Positions 59,787-64,000 of a DNA stretch of 64,000 nt are shown here, piece after piece. Both the position numbers and the translations under genes were made by a program. The notes beneath the pieces are model-generated. The model was given only the letters and a program-made list of their open reading frames with translations, was not told the DNA's origin and did no database searches. Positions within the stretch are counted from its first letter, which is position 1. Every line of letters starts with the position of its first letter. Source of the stretch: Chitinophagaceae bacterium (lineage in GTDB: Bacteria > Bacteroidota > Bacteroidia > Chitinophagales > Chitinophagaceae); assembly GCA_031402615.1 (NCBI GenBank), contig JANNSN010000015.1, forward strand, positions 20,738-84,737. Direction: 5' to 3'.

Positions 59787-60260
59787 ATGAAAAACTGTTT
59801 ACAATTTTCTGCATTCATAGGATTAATCCTTATTGGGTTTACCACATCAGCGCAGGATGTCATTCGTCAGCAACCTTGTATGTCTCCAACCATTCTTGAG
59901 CAGGCCGACAGCATGAAACTTCTATTGGCAAAACAGGGCTTCATGGTCGTTAAAGAAGCTTCCATGCAAATGGTCAGCGAATATGAAATGCCGGTCATTG
60001 TTCCGTTAAATGAAGGCAGCTGGTACCAGTTTGTTTTCATTGGTGACATGAGTTCAAAATTATATGAAGTGCGTATGTACGACTGGAACGAAAAACAGGT
60101 TGTGTACCAGAAAAAATATTGGGGCGATGTGGATGGTAATGTAATCAGCTACTCTTATGTTCCTAAATTTTCTGAGTTTCATATGATCAAACCCGTTCAG
60201 GTTAATAAAAAGAGAAAAGAGGTCTGCGGCTATGTGATGCTGCTTAAGAAAGTTAATTAA
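59787..60260 (+). CDS. Secreted hypothetical protein
   Basis: ATG 59787 gives 157 aa with a signal peptide (FIGLILIGFTTSAQD). No domain recognised. Confidence 0.5.
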   Translation: MKNCLQFSAFIGLILIGFTTSAQDVIRQQPCMSPTILEQADSMKLLLAKQGFMVVKEASMQMVSEYEMPVIVPLNEGSWYQFVFIGDMSSKLYEVRMYDWNEKQVVYQKKYWGDVDGNVISYSYVPKFSEFHMIKPVQVNKKRKEVCGYVMLLKKVN

Positions 60261-60364
60261 CCGGTGATTGGTTTTAATACAATTCCTCCGCCAGCCGGGG
60301 GATTTTTTTATCCCTGCGGTAAGGGGCTGCGCTCCTTGCAGCTATGCTAAAAACAAGTAATACA

Positions 60365-60434
60365 GATTATACCAGTATGTAGTCCAAAGCTATTTTCTAT
60401 CGGTATAAGACCATCTAACAACGTAGTGCTTTGG
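60365..60434. repeat. Dispersed intergenic repeat, copy B (inverted relative to copy A)
   Basis: GATTATACCAGTATGTAGTCCAAAGC...CAACGTAGTGCTTTGG matches the reverse complement of 5836-5920, with a few substitutions and a 5-nt indel. Confidence 0.75.
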
Positions 60435-60862
60435 TAGTTCCGGTTTCGCAATATTAGGACACGGTGGTCGAGTTTGGTTTTTATGTTTCTGCCCCTTTCG
60501 CTTGCTTTGGGGTTTGACAGTTGCGAATAACTTTTCGTTTAGAAAAGTGTTGTTACGCAAACTTGGTTTGCTCCATTAAATCAAAACCGTTGGCTTTGTG
60601 GTTTGCATTTTATTTGGCGGTTGGGGTTTTACGGCGGAGCAGCATTCCGCTTGGGTTGTGGCTTCTCAATTAAAACCGATTTTTTCAGGGCATTACGTTT
60701 CTTAACGGCCGGGGGTGGACAGCGGAACAGTCCGGGAGCTAAAAGCAGTATTTCGGCTGTTTAAAAATTACTTTCCTTAAGTTTTCGGTGGCAAGTGGAC
60801 TATTCCCGCAGTAGGCGCATTTGGAAGTTATGGATCCAGGATTCCTTTATAAGCTCGATGTT

Positions 60863-61072
60863 GCCCTAACAACCAACAAGCGGTTTGGCAAAATGGGGGC
60901 AGACGGAAGCTGTGTCTCAACATTTGTTTTTCAATTAAGCTTCATATCGGGCTGACCGAACAACTATTAAACTAAGTACCAATCATCAACATTTATTTAT
61001 AAATTTAACTTCGGTTTGCCGGGCAGACTGAACAACTATTCCCCCACTTCGCCAAGCCTTGAACGTTATGCC
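60863..61072. repeat. 210-bp imperfect palindrome X (GCCCTAAC...GTTATGCC) ending 32 nt before the AraC-family gene
   Basis: The outer octamers (60863-60870 and 61065-61072) pair at 6 of 8 positions. The inner arms CAAGCGGTTTGGCAAAATGGGGG (60877-60899) and CCCCCACTTCGCCAAGCCTTG (61041-61061) pair with bulges. The loop holds a 20-nt direct repeat (60949-60968 and 61021-61040). Confidence 0.6.
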
Positions 61073-61104
61073 TTATTTAAAAAAAACGACAATACCATAA
61101 ATCA

Positions 61105-62238
61105 ATGGAAATTACACTTCCTATATCGAGTTTAATTGTCATTACTATAGGCAGTGTGGGTATAACGGTGTCCATATTTATGGGCATTTTATTGCTGTCT
61201 CAAAAAAACAAGAAACACATATCCGTAAACATACTGGCTTGCTTGCTCATTCTATCAGGATTGACACTACTAAATGACGTCTTAGTTACATCAGGAATCA
61301 GTAATAGAATTAAGCAACTGTACTTTGTTCCAATCTACTACTCATTGAGTATAGGGTCTCTATTTTATCTTTTCATCAAGTCTAAATTCAGCTATCGGTT
61401 AAATAAATTTGATTTGATTCATTTGGTCATTCCCATCATACAAGCGGTGGTTTATTTTTCCATAGGATTCCGTTCTGTTGAATTCAAATCCATACTCTAT
61501 GACGAAAACGCCTTTCGGATGTATCTCCAAATAGAGTCATTTCTTTTCCCAATTTCTTTGGTTGGATATACGTTTCTTGCTTTATCCTTTTTAAAAAGAA
61601 AAGACCAAGAAGCATTCTTTTGGACAGATGACATTAAAAAATGGCTCACGAATTTTTCAGCAGGAATGTTATTTATTGCTTTGATGGAGTTTTGTTTTTC
61701 ATTGATGGAGTACAACACGTCTCTTGTCTTTTTGCCGAGTTTTCCATTTTATCTAGTTCATACATTAATCCTTTCATCTTTTGTGTTTTGGGTATCAATA
61801 AACGGGTTCAAACAGTATTATCCACTACAGATTTTCACTTCAAAACCGAGTCAGGATGATGAAGTCATTGACGAACAAGAATTGTCTGGAATGCTGGAAA
61901 AACTGAAATTGCTCATGACTAAAGACAAGGTTTTTCTGAATCCCGACTTAAACCTTGAATTACTGTCAAATTACCTTGGGACTTCCGAAAAGCACTGTTC
62001 TTACATGCTGAACAAGGGAATAAACATGAACTTCAACCAATACATAAACAACTTCCGAATTGAAGCTTTCAAAGAGAGAATCAAAGAAGGACAAAACAAG
62101 CGTTATACACTTACAAGCATTGCGTATGAATGTGGCTTTAATTCAAAATCCACTTTCAACAGAGTATTCAAATTGAACTGTGGCCTTACCCCTTCTGAAT
62201 TCGCCAAAACGTTTCAAGACAAAACAAAGTCCAGTTAA
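61105..62238 (+). CDS. AraC-family transcriptional regulator with an N-terminal multi-pass membrane domain
   Basis: 377 aa. About 6-7 hydrophobic helices, then an AraC HTH domain (IAYECGFNSKSTFNRVFK...G.TPSEF). Confidence 0.85.
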   Translation: MEITLPISSLIVITIGSVGITVSIFMGILLLSQKNKKHISVNILACLLILSGLTLLNDVLVTSGISNRIKQLYFVPIYYSLSIGSLFYLFIKSKFSYRLNKFDLIHLVIPIIQAVVYFSIGFRSVEFKSILYDENAFRMYLQIESFLFPISLVGYTFLALSFLKRKDQEAFFWTDDIKKWLTNFSAGMLFIALMEFCFSLMEYNTSLVFLPSFPFYLVHTLILSSFVFWVSINGFKQYYPLQIFTSKPSQDDEVIDEQELSGMLEKLKLLMTKDKVFLNPDLNLELLSNYLGTSEKHCSYMLNKGINMNFNQYINNFRIEAFKERIKEGQNKRYTLTSIAYECGFNSKSTFNRVFKLNCGLTPSEFAKTFQDKTKSS

Positions 62239-62354
62239 AAGACATCTAAAAAATGTCCCAATTCTTGATTTGACATATCCCAAATCTTGATTTAAAGCGT
62301 TTAGGTGGCTTAACGTCCTCATATTTGCTACTCATAAAATAAACTGTAGTGATT

Positions 62355-63203
62355 ATGAAGTACAAAATCAGAGCCTTCCTCTTGGGCGGCAATCAACAAA
62401 ATGCTATAAATCAAAATATTGGCTTTTTGCTTCTTCGTTTCTTTGTAGGACTTGCTCTTTGTACAGTCTTTGAAAAGTTCTTTCCCAAGAATGGTATTTG
62501 GGGACCACAAGAGTGGTTCATTCAAGATACTGCCAATATGGGATTTCCATTTCCATCTTTTTTTGCTTGGGTTGCAGTATTGTCAGAATTTTTTGGCGGT
62601 ATTTTATTGATGCTCGGCTTGTTAACCCGACCAGTCGCTTTACTGAATATTTTTGTGACATTTACCGCTTCTTTCATATATCATAATGGAGATATTGGCA
62701 ACTCAGGATTACTCTCCTTTTTCTTCATGATTATGTGTCTTTGTATCCTACTTTTTGGGCCTGGGAAATTTAGTCTTGACTACTTTATTAACAAAAGGCT
62801 TGCTAAAAGAATAGCAACCATATCAACGATTGTTATCCTAAATTTATCATTTAACTATGGAGAAGTCCAAGCCAATACCCATTCAATACCTTATCAAATG
62901 GAAGACAGAACAGCGGACTCTTCACAAGTACGATTTTATTTGAAAAACAATAGCTTATTTCTAAAAAAACTAACCTTCATTATCTACCAACCCCAACAAG
63001 AAGGAAATAACACGATTGTAAAATGGTTTTTGCCTTTACAAAAAGTTAAATTTTACTTGCCTGTTAAATCCAAAATCTATATTGCTTCGGACTCACAAGT
63101 AGATACTGTAATGCTAGGAAAACGAATAGACGGTGATAAGCCTTTTGTAATCGTAGATGAAAAAATAAATAATACTACCTTGAAATTGAATAGCCGTGAA
63201 TGA
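62355..63203 (+). CDS. DoxX-family membrane protein with an extra C-terminal ~120-aa domain
   Basis: ATG 62355. DoxX-like TM core (LLRFFVGLALCTVF.KF, SEFFGGILLMLGLLTRP.ALL). A hydrophilic beta-rich tail follows and is not part of canonical DoxX. Confidence 0.7.
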   Translation: MKYKIRAFLLGGNQQNAINQNIGFLLLRFFVGLALCTVFEKFFPKNGIWGPQEWFIQDTANMGFPFPSFFAWVAVLSEFFGGILLMLGLLTRPVALLNIFVTFTASFIYHNGDIGNSGLLSFFFMIMCLCILLFGPGKFSLDYFINKRLAKRIATISTIVILNLSFNYGEVQANTHSIPYQMEDRTADSSQVRFYLKNNSLFLKKLTFIIYQPQQEGNNTIVKWFLPLQKVKFYLPVKSKIYIASDSQVDTVMLGKRIDGDKPFVIVDEKINNTTLKLNSRE

Positions 63204-63230
63204 TTTAGTAAAAGACTAAAATTAAAACAA

Positions 63231-63364
63231 GGCATAACATCACCTATACGCAAGCAGGCGTTTCGTGTTTCGTAGGACAGGAAAGTGCTACATTTAAAGT
63301 ACAGTTCTTCGTGGGAAGTTCAGTGGTTAAAATCCCTGCCTGCGTATAGCTGAGAACCGTTGCC
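63231..63364. repeat. 134-bp imperfect palindrome Y (GGCATAAC...GTTGCC) starting 27 nt after the DoxX stop
   Basis: The outer box GGCA(T)AAC pairs with GTTGCC. A 14-bp inner box CTATACGCA(A)GCAGG pairs with CCTGCTGCGTATAG, leaving one unpaired A. Unpaired spacers are 5 and 9 nt. The variable centre is ~75 nt. Confidence 0.6.
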
Positions 63365-63530
63365 TGCTATGTTCAGACCCACTTCATTATGATACAACCA
63401 GACAAAATATAAAACCTTAAAGATTATTTTATAGTTCTTAGGGAGAGACCAGGAATGTATTTGGGGACAAACACAATTTCTAAACTTCATGACCATTTGC
63501 AAGGCTATATGATGTCCTATTGGTTTACCA

Positions 63531-63561
63531 CTTTGGGCTACTTATTAAATCAAGATGGTAT
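63531..63561. repeat. Dispersed intergenic repeat, partial copy C
   Basis: CTTTGGGCTACTTATTAAATCAAGATGGTAT matches the reverse complement of 5811-5841 with 3 mismatches. Confidence 0.6.
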
Positions 63562-63580
63562 TACCATTCATCTTAAAACA

Positions 63581-63621
63581 AAAAGCACAAAATAAACCTG
63601 CGTTCATTATTTTGTGCTTTT
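63581..63621. terminator. Bidirectional rho-independent terminator
   Basis: AAAAGCACAAAATA-N13-TATTTTGTGCTTTT, a perfect 14-bp stem with A/T runs on both sides. It lies downstream of the minus-strand partial gene. Confidence 0.75.
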
Positions 63622-63679
63622 TCATCTTCCGTACCCCGGTTGTTATCGCCGAAGCGAACAACTTTGCAGGATACAAATA

Positions 63680-64000
63680 TTATTGCGTTAACGATATCCT
63701 CACCTGTAACCCGGCCCTTGTATTTACAATGGGGGCGCTGGAAGATATGTAAGGATTAACTCTGCGCTGATCGAAAAATAATTTTACATTGATCCGGTTG
63801 TTGAGGAAATAATCAATAGAAGGTGAAATGGTAATATCCTTGCTTCCACCTGTTGCAAAATTATTTTCCTGGTCCAGGCGGCTGTTCGCAGTTACATTGT
63901 CCCTGATCCTGAAATCAAGACGGAAATTGATTTCGTTGTCCAGGGCTTTACCGCCATCCTTGCTTAAGAATTTGGGAAGTTTTAAACCGGCGAATAATTT
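63680..64000 (-). CDS. C-terminal 106 codons of a large outer-membrane protein, probably the T9SS translocon SprA/Sov (partial, runs off the window)
   Basis: The minus strand is open from the window edge to the TAA complement at 63680-63682. Translation: ...FRIRDNVTANSRLDQENNFATGGSKDITISPSIDYFLNNRINVKLFFDQRRVNPYISSSAPIVNTRAGLQVRISLTQ. This matches my recollection of SprA C-termini. It is missing from the ORF track because it has no start codon in the window. Confidence 0.55.
   Translation of the reverse strand, partial: KLFAGLKLPKFLSKDGGKALDNEINFRLDFRIRDNVTANSRLDQENNFATGGSKDITISPSIDYFLNNRINVKLFFDQRRVNPYISSSAPIVNTRAGLQVRISLTQ

Noticed and set aside
63313-63336. tRNA-like D-arm sequence GGGAAGTTCAGTGGTTAAAATCCC inside palindrome Y
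   Set aside because: No acceptor stem, anticodon arm or T-loop (GGTTCGAATCC-type) can be built around it. It is at most a fragment, so it is not called as a tRNA.
63455-63595. 46-codon ORF MYLGTNTISKLHDHLQGYMMSYWF..., preceded in frame by ERPG (a GyrB-like RPGMY motif)
   Set aside because: It is too short. It overlaps repeat copy C and runs into the terminator stem. It may be an N-terminal remnant of a lost gene, but this cannot be supported from sequence alone.
63555-63752. 65-aa plus-strand ORF from the track
   Set aside because: It spans the bidirectional terminator hairpin and overlaps the C-terminus of the better-supported minus-strand SprA-like reading frame.

Overview
This is a 64-kb chromosomal window from a Bacteroidota genome. 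It looks Chitinophagaceae/Sphingobacteriia-like: a SusC/SusD pair, three T9SS type-B C-terminal-domain cargo proteins, a probable SprA tail, TAnnTTTG -7 promoter boxes, and GC-rich intergenic repeats that translate as PLLGKGVGVR or ICTFA. No rRNA, tRNA, CRISPR array, transposase, integrase or phage genes were seen. The backbone is housekeeping: rpsL-rpsG, ilvE, rdgB, aroE, yidC, rplY, prs, radC, folD, queE, dprA and guaB. Accessory blocks sit between these genes. (1) 75-6945 is a sugar-oxidation cluster of xylose-isomerase-fold proteins, a Gfo/Idh/MocA oxidoreductase, cytochrome c, a DUF1080 protein and an MFS transporter. (2) 19684-20233 is a four-helix-bundle (23S-IVS/Avd-family) gene with an in-frame stop, bracketed by inverted heptanucleotide tandem arrays. 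(3) 20227-26484 is a SusC/SusD locus without CAZymes. (4) 34543-48183 is the most system-like region and matches no characterised system I know. A propeller/Y_Y_Y histidine kinase and a NarL/LuxR regulator are followed by five same-strand secreted or lipoprotein genes. A NarL-like palindromic motif recurs upstream of the regulator and of cluster genes. (5) 51787-52627 is a DUF4160(pseudo)/DUF2442 module inserted exactly at the stop codon of an alpha/beta hydrolase gene and flanked by a 100-nt direct duplication of that gene's 3' end. (6) 52705-58735 holds two tandem paralogous giant T9SS cargo genes. (7) 60261-63680 is an 840-bp ORF-free, repeat-dense tract. It is followed by an AT-rich AraC-DoxX gene pair that is tightly bracketed by long imperfect palindromes with integron-attC-like architecture. 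All calls come from reading the sequence and ORF translations and from recalled family motifs. No database search was run.
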